Position numbers and translations under genes: made by a program. Source: an uncultured bacterium (GTDB taxonomy: Bacteria > Myxococcota_A > Polyangia > Polyangiales > Houyiibacteriaceae). From it: a stretch of DNA of 53,544 nucleotides. The notes under the pieces are model-generated. The model had not been told where the DNA came from, did no database searches, and was given only the letters and a program-made list of their open reading frames with translations. The stretch covers positions 1 to 53,544 of the forward strand of contig CBDURI010000001.1 of assembly GCA_965369435.1 (NCBI GenBank), read 5' to 3'. Shown here piece by piece: positions 45,776 to 53,544 of the stretch; the stretch's first letter is position 1; the number at the start of each line of letters is the position of its first letter.

Positions 45776-46873
45776 GTGACGGAGGGCGCGGCTCGGGTCT
45801 ACAGCCTGTCGGACGCGCATCCCGACGGTTGGTTCGAGGAGGTGCTCGCGCAGTCCAAGGACTTCGAGAAGGCGTGTGAGATCATCGGCCGCAGTACGCT
45901 GGGGCTCGCCCTCATTGCGGGCGCGCGCATCCTCAGCCTTACGGCCAATCCTCACGCGTCGGACCTGACGACGGTCGAGTTTTCGATTGGCCAGGACCCC
46001 ACCGTCCGGCAAGTGCCGCTGTCGGAATTCCGTGAGACGATCGGACAGTTCCTGCTGACCGCGCTCGAGAGCGAGGGCCTGCCCGACGACGCCGACGCCG
46101 AGGCGCTTCAGGCGCACATCGGTGGGCGCTACATGCTCGAGGCGTCCTTGTTTCAGGTGGAGCCGATCGAGCTTCGACACGATCTCGGCCTCTCCGAGCT
46201 CACGCTCCAGTTCAACGACCTCCGCCATGTTTTGGCGCTCGACGATTTTAGAGAGGTGCTCGACGAGCGTGTACGAACCGAGCTTGGGCTCGACCAGCAG
46301 GAAGGCAACGCGATCGACCTTGCGATTGTGGACCAGGCCGAAGATGCCAACGCGAAGGGCGACTGGAGCGCCACGGTCGCCATGCTCAATCCCTGGCTGA
46401 ATCCGATTTCGATGCTTCTGCGGACGGGGGAGTCAGAGACCCTCAGCGAGGAGATCCGCGGGCGCTTGTCGGTCAGCTTGGACCTGCTCGGCACGGCGTA
46501 CGCGAACATGGGCGAGCTCGAGGCTGCCAACGAAGTGTTGCGTCTCGGCATTCAGTGGGCCGGCGACTCGGGGAACGCCGGAGCCCTGTATCTCGCGTTG
46601 GGGCGCGCCTCGGTCGCCAGCGAAAAGCACGGCGAGGCGATCGGGCTGTTGCGGCGGGCGATTCACCTGGGTGCGGACGAGCGCGACGCGTTGCCACTTC
46701 TGGCGGAATCGTTGAGCGCCCGCGACCAGAGCCTGGCCGCGATGGTCTGCAACGAACGGGCGCGAGATCTCGGCGCGAACGACGACGATTTGGAGGCGGT
46801 TGGCTCCGTGCTCCGGGCGCGTCTCGGCGAGGCTTGGCCGCGGTTTCAGGCCTGGATGCGCGCTCCCGAGTAG
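45776..46873 (+). CDS. hypothetical protein with a TPR-like C-terminal region
   Basis: The GTG start lies 1 nt after the epimerase stop. Codon usage matches the neighbours. The C-terminal LLGTAYANMGELEAANEVLRLGIQ...LALGRASVASEKHGEAIGLLRRAI is TPR-like. No family was recognised. Confidence 0.55.
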   Translation: MTEGAARVYSLSDAHPDGWFEEVLAQSKDFEKACEIIGRSTLGLALIAGARILSLTANPHASDLTTVEFSIGQDPTVRQVPLSEFRETIGQFLLTALESEGLPDDADAEALQAHIGGRYMLEASLFQVEPIELRHDLGLSELTLQFNDLRHVLALDDFREVLDERVRTELGLDQQEGNAIDLAIVDQAEDANAKGDWSATVAMLNPWLNPISMLLRTGESETLSEEIRGRLSVSLDLLGTAYANMGELEAANEVLRLGIQWAGDSGNAGALYLALGRASVASEKHGEAIGLLRRAIHLGADERDALPLLAESLSARDQSLAAMVCNERARDLGANDDDLEAVGSVLRARLGEAWPRFQAWMRAPE

Positions 46874-46916
46874 TCGCTTTACTTTGCTCCCGAGGCTTCG
46901 TACCGTAGCCGTTCGG

Positions 46917-48416
46917 ATGTCGGGCTTTCTTTTGTCGATCGATCAAGGAACCACGGGTTCCACTGCGATGCTTTTGTCTCCCAGTGGGCAGGTCTTGGCG
47001 CGCGCCAATCACGAGTTTCCTCAGCATTTCCCCAAGCCCGGATGGGTCGAGCACGACCTCGAGGACATCTGGAAGAGTGTTCACGATGCGGTGCGCGACG
47101 CGCTCGAAAAGGCCGGCGTCGCGGCCACCGACTGCCTGGGCATCGGCATCACCAACCAACGTGAGACCACCGTCTTGTGGGACCGAAAGAGCGGCAAGGC
47201 GGTCCATAATGCGATTGTCTGGCAGGATCGCCGTACGGCGGACCGGTGCCAGGAGCTCAAGGACGCTGGCAAGGAAGAGATGTTCCGCCAGCGCACGGGG
47301 CTGGTGCTCGATCCGTACCTGGCTGGAACCAAGCTCGAATGGCTCCTCGACCACGTCGACGGAGCGCGGTCACGGGCTGAAAAGGGCGAGCTCGCTTTCG
47401 GAACGATCGATTCGTGGCTGGTGCACCGGCTCTCGGGCGGCCAGGTGCACGTGACGGACGCGAGCAACGCCTCGCGGACGCTGATGTATGACATCGTCAA
47501 AGGACAGTGGGACGAGGAGCTTGCCGCCGAGCTGCACGTTCCCATGGCCTTGCTGCCCGAAGTTCGGAGCTGCTCCGAGGTGTATGCGCACACTTCTGGG
47601 GTCCCGGGCCTGCCTGATGGGATCCCCATTGCCGGGATGGCGGGCGATCAACAGGCCGCCCTGTTTGGTCAGACGTGCTTCGAAGTCGGGGACGCCAAGT
47701 GTACGTATGGCACGGGTGCGTTCCTGCTCATGAACACGGGAACGACCCCCGTGCACTCCGAGAACGGGCTCCTCACCACCATCGCGTGGCGCCTCGGCGA
47801 CGAAACGGTGTACGCCCTCGAAGGCAGCGCGTTCATCGCGGGGGCCGCGGTCCAATGGCTCCGCGACGGCCTGGGGCTCATCGATTCTTCCGACGAGATC
47901 GAGGCCAAGGCCAGGGAGGTCGACGCGACGGGGGACGTCGTCTTCGTGCCCGCATTGGCCGGGTTGGGGGCACCGTATTGGGACCCCCATGCGCGAGGCC
48001 TCATTTATGGGCTTACGAGGGATACGACGGCAGCGCACTTGGCGCGCGCGACCCTCGAGGGAATCGCGTTTCAAATCGTCGATCTGGTGGACGCGATGCA
48101 GGCGGACGCCGATCGGCCTATAACGCGTTTGAGGGTCGACGGTGGCGCGGCCCGCAATGACTTACTCATGCAATTTGAAGCCGACATGCTCGGGGTGACG
48201 ATCGACCGTCCCGAGAATGTCGAGACGACTGCTTTAGGAGCTGCTTACTTAGCTGGCATGGCCGTTGGCGTATTCGATGGTCTTAGATCGATTGTGGATG
48301 CTTACCGTATCGAACGTAGCTTTGAGTCTCAGGTTACCCAATCCGAACGTGAGGGGCACTTGAGGCGATGGCGCGACGCGGTCCGGCGGGCGCGAAGTGA
48401 GATAGGAATAACATGA
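46917..48416 (+). CDS. glpK: glycerol kinase
   Basis: LSIDQGTTGSTAML, GITNQRETTVLWD, WQDRRTA and YGTGAF/CTYGTGAFLLMNTG are present, with FGGY-family layout over the whole 499 aa. Confidence 0.95.
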   Translation: MSGFLLSIDQGTTGSTAMLLSPSGQVLARANHEFPQHFPKPGWVEHDLEDIWKSVHDAVRDALEKAGVAATDCLGIGITNQRETTVLWDRKSGKAVHNAIVWQDRRTADRCQELKDAGKEEMFRQRTGLVLDPYLAGTKLEWLLDHVDGARSRAEKGELAFGTIDSWLVHRLSGGQVHVTDASNASRTLMYDIVKGQWDEELAAELHVPMALLPEVRSCSEVYAHTSGVPGLPDGIPIAGMAGDQQAALFGQTCFEVGDAKCTYGTGAFLLMNTGTTPVHSENGLLTTIAWRLGDETVYALEGSAFIAGAAVQWLRDGLGLIDSSDEIEAKAREVDATGDVVFVPALAGLGAPYWDPHARGLIYGLTRDTTAAHLARATLEGIAFQIVDLVDAMQADADRPITRLRVDGGAARNDLLMQFEADMLGVTIDRPENVETTALGAAYLAGMAVGVFDGLRSIVDAYRIERSFESQVTQSEREGHLRRWRDAVRRARSEIGIT

Positions 48417-49165
48417 ACGAGAATGATGTCGGGCAAGACAAACAGGACCAAGAAGAATTAGACGTACCGGTAGCGTGGGAGGCACTCGAAGACGCATTTG
48501 AAAACAACGCACCCGAGGTACATAGCTATTTGCACTTCGATACCGGTGAGGTGATCCGCATCGTCGATGGGGTCGCTGATCCGTCGATGCATACACGCAT
48601 CATCGGCGACAGCCGGTATCTGCGAATCGATCCGGTTTCATCGCGCGAGCAGTACCGTTGGATGGAGCGCTTCATCGCGACGGTTGAGGATGAAGAGCTG
48701 CGGCGGCAGCTCAATATTGCGATCGACGGAAAGGGGGCGTTTCGGCGCTTCAAGGATGCCTTGGTGAGTCATCCGGTCGACCGTGAGCGCTGGTTCGCGT
48801 TTCGGTCCGAACGCCTGCGTTCCTGCATGGAATCATGGCTCACGGCGCACGGGATCCACTCGGTGGAGCGACCCACTTGGCACGTTCCAACGGCCGAGGA
48901 CGTCCAGCCCGAGGGCGGGGCCGAAGCCGAAGCCGAGGCAGAGGCCGAGGCGCCAGCCCAGCGGGCCAGCCAGGTGACCAGCGTGAGCGGCATCCCTCGA
49001 GGACGGCTCCACGAGCTGGTCGATGGCCTCTCTTCTCGAGACATCGAGACCGCAGAGACCTACCTGGAGTTCCTCTCCGGGCGGCGCCAGGGGTCGAGTC
49101 CCCCGGCCAAGGCCATCGCCGAGCCTTCAGTGGTCGAGGTGGTCCAGTCCGTGGAATCCGAATAG
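48413..49165 (+). CDS. UPF0158-family protein with (AE)n linker and extra C-terminal helix
   Basis: The ATG overlaps the glpK stop as ATGA. YLHFDTGEV...DSRYLRIDP...GKGAFRRFKDAL...RERWFAF is the UPF0158 pattern. Confidence 0.7.
   Translation: MNENDVGQDKQDQEELDVPVAWEALEDAFENNAPEVHSYLHFDTGEVIRIVDGVADPSMHTRIIGDSRYLRIDPVSSREQYRWMERFIATVEDEELRRQLNIAIDGKGAFRRFKDALVSHPVDRERWFAFRSERLRSCMESWLTAHGIHSVERPTWHVPTAEDVQPEGGAEAEAEAEAEAPAQRASQVTSVSGIPRGRLHELVDGLSSRDIETAETYLEFLSGRRQGSSPPAKAIAEPSVVEVVQSVESE
48920..48952. repeat. GCC-GAR dicodon repeat encoding AEAEAEAEAEA
   Basis: Read directly: gcc gaa gcc gaa gcc gag gca gag gcc gag gcg, in frame with the UPF0158 gene. Confidence 0.9.
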
Positions 49166-49201
49166 GCACCCCTGCCGAGACACGACCACAATATATAGTG
49201 G

Positions 49202-49218
49202 GGGTCACCCAGTGACCC
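49202..49218. promoter_or_regulatory. 7-bp perfect inverted repeat GGGTCAC-CCA-GTGACCC between the UPF0158 gene and smc
   Basis: Read directly. It lies 37 nt after the UPF0158 stop and 79 nt before the smc GTG. No T-tract follows, so it is not a classical intrinsic terminator. Confidence 0.35.
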
Positions 49219-49296
49219 TCGCTTCTGGTCGCGTAAACCGTTGCAATATCGTATGTTCAGTGATAGCCACGTCCAACTACTCCTTTGGGGGGCATC

Positions 49297-52200
49297 GTGA
49301 AGATCAAGAAGCTCCAAATCCTTGGCTTCAAATCCTTCGTCGACCAGACGACCATCCACTTCGACCACGACATTACCTGTGTCGTCGGGCCGAACGGATG
49401 CGGCAAATCCAACATCGTGGACGCCATCAAGTGGTGCATGGGCGAGCAGTCGCCAATGCGTCTCCGAGGCAAGCACATGGAGGACGTGATCTTCAGCGGG
49501 GCGGAGGGGCGCGGACCTCATGGTTTCGCCGAGGTGACCCTCACATTTGACAACGCCGACGGCCTAGCGCCACCCGAGTACAGCGACTACGCGGAGATTC
49601 AGGTCACCCGGCGTCTCGATCGCCAGGGCAACAGTGACTACCGCATCAACCGAACTCCGGTCCGGCTGCTCGATATCACCAACCTGTTCTTGGGCACAGG
49701 CGTTGGCAAGCGTGCCTACTCGATCATCGAGCAGGGGCGCATTGGGTTCATCGTCACCGCCAAGCCGGAGGATCGCCGAACGATGATCGAAGAGGCTGCG
49801 GGCATCAGCAAGTTCAGGCTGAGCAAGCGGGCCGCCGAACGCAAGATGGACCAGACGCGTCAGAATCTTTTGCGCGTCACGGACATCATCGGAGAGATCG
49901 AGCGCAGCCTCGCGTCCCTCAAGCGGCAAGCGCAAAAGGCCGAGCGCTACAAGCGCTACAAGAAGGAGATGCGAGATCTGGACTTGTGGGTCGCGTCGCA
50001 TCGATTCCTCGAGCTGCGAGGACAGATCAGCTCGGCCACGATGCTGCTGTCGCAGGCCAACGCGGACGTGCAAGCGAGTCGTCACGCGTTGGTAGCGAAA
50101 GAGGCGTCGGTCGAAGCGGATCGTGTCTCGCTGCAGCAGATGGGCTCCGAGGTGGAGCGCGGACAAGGACGCGCGTATGAGCTCGACAACTTGGTTCGAC
50201 AGCTTGAAGGCTTGATCCGTCAACAACAGGATCGCCAGGCCGCGCTGCTCGAGCGCAAAGAGCTCGCCACTCGCGAGCTTCACCAACTCGAAGAGCAGCG
50301 CGATGGGCTGGACCAGGAGGCGTCCACCGTTCGCCTCTCGCTCACCGAGCTCGAATCTCTCGAAGCCGAGGCGGGGCAGCTTCTCGCAGAGGTGGAGGCG
50401 GAGCTCCAAAGTCGCAAAAACACGGCCGAAGAGGCCGAAGTGGCCCTGCAGAATGCGCGTTCCCGACTGGCGGAAGGCCGCGCTCGCGTCGTAGGCGCCG
50501 AGGCGGTGCTCGACGGTTATAGTGCACGTCGCGAAGACATTCGCGGTCGTCTCGAACGCCTGCAAGAAGAGCTACAGACGCTCGCGACACACGAGGTCGA
50601 GTTCAGACAACAGAGCGGAGAGCTCGAGGCTCGGATGGTAGGGCTTCGGAGCGGCAAGTCAGCGACGGCCGAGCGTCAAACGGAGATTGAAACCTCGTTG
50701 TCGACCGGCAAGGACGCGTTGCATCGGGCAGACGAAGAGGTCGACGCCCTCCGCGAGCAGTTTGCCGTCACGAGCTCGAGGCTCCGGTCGCTCAACGAGA
50801 TCCACGAACGCTTCGAAGGCGTGGGCGCCGGCGCACAAGCGGTGATGACTGGTTATGCCGATGCGTCTGGTGATGCGGGTGGCGACGCGGGCGGTTCAGG
50901 CTTGGTCGGCTTGGTTGCCGATCGCTTGGAGTGCGCGGCGGAACACACACGGGCGCTCGGTGCGGCGCTTGGCGGTTCGCTAGAATATCTGCTCGTGCAC
51001 GACACCGATGCGGCGTTGCGAGCTGCCGAGTACCTAGCGCGGGAAGAAAAGGGGCGCGCAACGTTCCTTCCACGTTCGCCGAGTGGTCCGGCGCGGATCG
51101 TGCCGCCGTTCCCGACGGGGATGGGCATCGTCGGCCCGCTGTTGACGCTCGTGCGCCACTCGCACGCCGATGAAACGTGGGTACGGTACTTGTTGTTCGA
51201 CGTGTTGGTCGTCGACACGCTCGAGACCGCTGCCCGGCTTCACCGGCAGGGCTTTCAAGGCAAGCTGGTCACGCTCGACGGTCAGGCGCTGCTCAGCGAC
51301 GGCGCTGTCGTCGGCGGCGCCAACGACGAATCGGCAGCCCATCTGTTGCGACTGAAGCGCGAGATCCGCGAGCTCCAAGAGGCCGCCGCATCCGAGGGCG
51401 CCGAGCTCGAGCGTGCCACCGCGAATCAGGGCCGGCTTCGGGCAAATATCGCCGAACGTCAGGCGGCCATCGACTCGACGAGGGTTCAGGCCCACGACGC
51501 CGAGCTCGAAATCCTCGGCGCCGAGCGCGATCTGCGAGTCGTCGACCTGGAGCTTCGCCGCCTCGAGGAGCGGCGCCAGGAGATCGCCCACGTCGAGACG
51601 GAGGGCCGCGCGTCGTTGTCCCAAATCGATGTCGATGAAGGCAATACCAAGCGTCAGCTCAGCGACGCGCATCGGGCAGTGGCCGACGCCGAAGAAGCCA
51701 CGCAAGTGGCGGCGAGCGTGCTCGCGGAAAGGCGTCGCGTCGTCGAGCAACAAGCCGCACAGGCAACCGAGGTCAAGGTTGGCGCGACGCGGTCCCGCGA
51801 GCGGGCCGACCGCGAGCGTTCCGTGCTCGGGCAGCTCGACCGTTCGCTCTCGGAGCTGAACGCGCGCGAGGCGCGCCTACGCGACGACGTCGCCATTGCC
51901 GATCGCGATCGAGGTCAAGCGGCCGGGCGCATCCTCCTGCACGATGGGCGCCTGGGCGAGACGGCCCACGAGGCTGCTGCGGCTCGACAGGAGCTTTCGG
52001 ATCAGCGCGCGCGCTACGACGAAGCCCAGACGCAGCTCGGGGAGTCCGAGGCCTCGCTCAAGGGGTTGCGCTCCAGCATCGACGAGCAGTCCACTGAGCT
52101 CAACCAGCTGACGCTTCGCGAACGCGAGCTGACTTTGTTGCTCGAGCATCTCAACGAGCAGGTCCTCGACAAGCATCGCGTGGAGCTGGCGTACGTGATC

Positions 52201-52914
52201 GGTGACCACCATGCGCGACCCGTGCCCGACGCGCAGGTCACCGCGCGCGCCGAAGAGCTGCAGCGCCTGATCGACCGCATGGGCGAGATCAACCTCACCG
52301 CGATCGAGGAGTACGAAGAGAATGCCCAGCGCTACGACTACCTCACCAGTCAACGCCGCGACCTAGAGGACGCGCTCACCAAGCTCGACAAGGCGATTCG
52401 TCAGATGAACAGGGAGAGCAGGGCGCTGTTCCGCGAGGCTTTTGCCGCTATCAACGAACGCTTCAAGCGTATCTTCCCCTTGCTCTTCCGTGGTGGAAAG
52501 GCCGAGCTCCGGCTCACCGACCCGCACGACATGCTGGAGACGGGCGTCGAGATCATCGCCCAGCCTCCCGGCAAGCGTCTTGGCTCACTCGACCTGATGA
52601 GCGGCGGCGAAAAGGCGCTCACCGCCGTCGCGGTGATCTTCGCGATCTTCCAGTACAAGCCGAGCCCCTTCTGCCTGCTCGACGAGGTCGACGCGCCGCT
52701 CGACGAGGCCAACATCGGCCGTTTCACCGAGGCCATCCAGCAGATGACGGACCGTTCCCAGTTCATCATCATCACCCACTCCAAGCGCACCATGGAGTTC
52801 GCCGACGTCTTGTACGGCGTCACCATGGAAAAGCCCGGGGTCTCCAAGCTCGTCTCCGTGGAGCTCCGCGGCAAGAAAAGCCCCATCTCTGCCGCCGTTG
52901 AAGCTGCAGAATAG
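49297..52914 (+). CDS. smc: chromosome condensation/segregation ATPase SMC
   Basis: The start is GTG at 49297, giving N-terminus (V)KIKKLQILGFKSF. Walker A is GPNGCGKSNI. Long coiled coils flank a hinge. The C-terminus has LSGGEKALTAVA (signature motif) and FCLLDEVDAPLD (Walker B). Confidence 0.95.
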   Translation: MKIKKLQILGFKSFVDQTTIHFDHDITCVVGPNGCGKSNIVDAIKWCMGEQSPMRLRGKHMEDVIFSGAEGRGPHGFAEVTLTFDNADGLAPPEYSDYAEIQVTRRLDRQGNSDYRINRTPVRLLDITNLFLGTGVGKRAYSIIEQGRIGFIVTAKPEDRRTMIEEAAGISKFRLSKRAAERKMDQTRQNLLRVTDIIGEIERSLASLKRQAQKAERYKRYKKEMRDLDLWVASHRFLELRGQISSATMLLSQANADVQASRHALVAKEASVEADRVSLQQMGSEVERGQGRAYELDNLVRQLEGLIRQQQDRQAALLERKELATRELHQLEEQRDGLDQEASTVRLSLTELESLEAEAGQLLAEVEAELQSRKNTAEEAEVALQNARSRLAEGRARVVGAEAVLDGYSARREDIRGRLERLQEELQTLATHEVEFRQQSGELEARMVGLRSGKSATAERQTEIETSLSTGKDALHRADEEVDALREQFAVTSSRLRSLNEIHERFEGVGAGAQAVMTGYADASGDAGGDAGGSGLVGLVADRLECAAEHTRALGAALGGSLEYLLVHDTDAALRAAEYLAREEKGRATFLPRSPSGPARIVPPFPTGMGIVGPLLTLVRHSHADETWVRYLLFDVLVVDTLETAARLHRQGFQGKLVTLDGQALLSDGAVVGGANDESAAHLLRLKREIRELQEAAASEGAELERATANQGRLRANIAERQAAIDSTRVQAHDAELEILGAERDLRVVDLELRRLEERRQEIAHVETEGRASLSQIDVDEGNTKRQLSDAHRAVADAEEATQVAASVLAERRRVVEQQAAQATEVKVGATRSRERADRERSVLGQLDRSLSELNAREARLRDDVAIADRDRGQAAGRILLHDGRLGETAHEAAAARQELSDQRARYDEAQTQLGESEASLKGLRSSIDEQSTELNQLTLRERELTLLLEHLNEQVLDKHRVELAYVIGDHHARPVPDAQVTARAEELQRLIDRMGEINLTAIEEYEENAQRYDYLTSQRRDLEDALTKLDKAIRQMNRESRALFREAFAAINERFKRIFPLLFRGGKAELRLTDPHDMLETGVEIIAQPPGKRLGSLDLMSGGEKALTAVAVIFAIFQYKPSPFCLLDEVDAPLDEANIGRFTEAIQQMTDRSQFIIITHSKRTMEFADVLYGVTMEKPGVSKLVSVELRGKKSPISAAVEAAE

Positions 52915-52932
52915 AAGCTGCCTGCCTGATGA

Positions 52933-53544
52933 TTAGCTGACGATGGCGTCGAGCGCGGTCGAGTGTGACTCGGCGAGCTCCTCGACTGGCACCTCACATA
53001 CGCCGTCGATGGTGAGCATTTGGCCCGTCACGCTTCCGATCTTCTCGAAGGGTACGCCGTAGCGCTGGCAGATGTCCCCGGCTTCGCCGACGTTGGCCAC
53101 CGGGAGGCTCACGATGATTCGTGAGGGCTCTTCGCTGAAGAGCAGAGCGTGTGCCGGAGCATCCTCGTCTGAGGGGAGGGTGACGCGCGCGCCGTGCCCA
53201 TGTGCGATGCAGGCTTCGGCCATGCACACCGCGAACCCGCCGTCGCTGATGTCGTGAGCGCTCTTCACCAACCTGCCGCGCGCGAGCTCGAGCATCGCAT
53301 GCTGAAGAGCGGCCTCGGCTTCGAGATCGATGCCGACGGGCGCCCCCGTCACGGTCCCACTGCGCTGGACGAGCCATTCGGATCCGCCGAGAACGCCGCG
53401 GGAAGGTCGCCCCAGATGGGCGATGACATCGCCTTCGCGGAGGAATCCGAGGCCGAGGCGATGCTCTGGGTCTTCGAGCTGACCGACCACGGCGACCGTC
53501 GGCGTCGGCAAGATCGCGTTGCCGTCGGTTTCGTTGTAGAGGCT
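52933..53544 (-). CDS. purL: phosphoribosylformylglycinamidine synthase subunit PurL, C-terminal about 203 aa (5' end beyond the right edge)
   Basis: The frame is open from the window edge (SLYNETDGNAILPTPTVAVVG...). VKSAHDISDGGFAVCMAE and the C-terminal AIRS-C-like layout are typical of PurL. Confidence 0.85.
   Translation of the reverse strand, partial: SLYNETDGNAILPTPTVAVVGQLEDPEHRLGLGFLREGDVIAHLGRPSRGVLGGSEWLVQRSGTVTGAPVGIDLEAEAALQHAMLELARGRLVKSAHDISDGGFAVCMAEACIAHGHGARVTLPSDEDAPAHALLFSEEPSRIIVSLPVANVGEAGDICQRYGVPFEKIGSVTGQMLTIDGVCEVPVEELAESHSTALDAIVS

Noticed and set aside
8826-48952. Short tandem repeats (8826-8859, 11937-11984, 24841-24876, 48920-48952), considered as a possible CRISPR or other non-coding repeat array.
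   Set aside because: Units are 6-18 nt, have no spacers, are in frame and encode low-complexity peptide linkers. This is not a CRISPR-like repeat-spacer organisation.
20447-49292. G6 runs 5-10 nt upstream of three starts: TPR-1 (24912-24917, minus strand), TPR-2 (20447-20452, minus strand) and smc (49287-49292).
   Set aside because: They are most simply G-rich Shine-Dalgarno surrogates in a high-GC genome. Three instances are too few to claim a distinct signal.
12780-50565. Many long antisense or off-frame ORFs of 300-460 aa, e.g. 12780..13733, 21013..22128, 25674..26708, 27820..29007, 30065..31189, 32083..33255, 37901..39277, 42706..43890 and 49564..50565.
   Set aside because: They are expected artefacts of 65-70% GC (few stop codons in alternative frames). 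All lie fully inside strongly supported genes on the other strand or frame and have Arg/Gly/Pro-biased low-complexity translations. There is no evidence of genuine overlapping genes.
1-53544. Search for mobile elements, prophage, defence islands, toxin-antitoxin pairs and tRNA, rRNA or other structured RNA genes.
   Set aside because: No transposase, integrase, terminal inverted repeat, restriction, Cas or abortive-infection signature was seen in any frame. Intergenic spacers are short (234 nt or less) and none shows tRNA-like cloverleaf features by eye. A tRNAscan/Infernal run would be needed to exclude small RNAs formally.

Overview
This is a 53.5 kb high-GC chromosomal segment: hand-counted 60-nt blocks are mostly 60-70% GC. 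Giant Ala-rich TPR proteins, frequent GTG/TTG starts and pervasive gene overlaps suggest a Myxococcota-type deltaproteobacterium, but that is inference only. I call 37 protein-coding genes, two of them cut by the window edges. I found no rRNA, tRNA, CRISPR array, transposase or integrase, and no recognisable defence or toxin module.

Much of the content is housekeeping:
- engB, murJ, hslO, an NAD-type isocitrate dehydrogenase, rpsT, holA and a ClpA-type unfoldase
- nadD, pheA, yajQ, glpK, smc and purL

The window also holds an ethylmalonyl-CoA pathway core operon (ecm-meaB-ccr plus an Mcd-like acyl-CoA dehydrogenase). A ScfR-type regulator is transcribed divergently from it.

The least explained content is as follows:
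1. Two tandem, translationally coupled giant TPR paralogs (1489 and 1554 aa). Both end in a shared module that by eye looks like an M48 metallopeptidase core without its HExxH. They sit in one tightly overlapped operon with a ligand-less metallophosphoesterase-fold protein, nadD and a DUF2520 protein.
2. A 773-aa protein with a cyclase-homology domain, an AAA_16-like NTPase domain and helical repeats, in which both catalytic signatures look dead.
3. A trio of polytopic envelope-modifying enzymes (LTA-synthase-like, sulfatase-like, GT39).
4. An unusual 3'-end architecture. All eight convergent gene junctions have 18 nt or less of spacer, five overlap, and four share overlapping stop codons inside a YTAG tetranucleotide.
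5. A rare-codon, roughly 50% GC trough about 400 nt long that crosses the glpK/UPF0158 gene boundary.

All family assignments come from motif recognition by eye. No database search was run.
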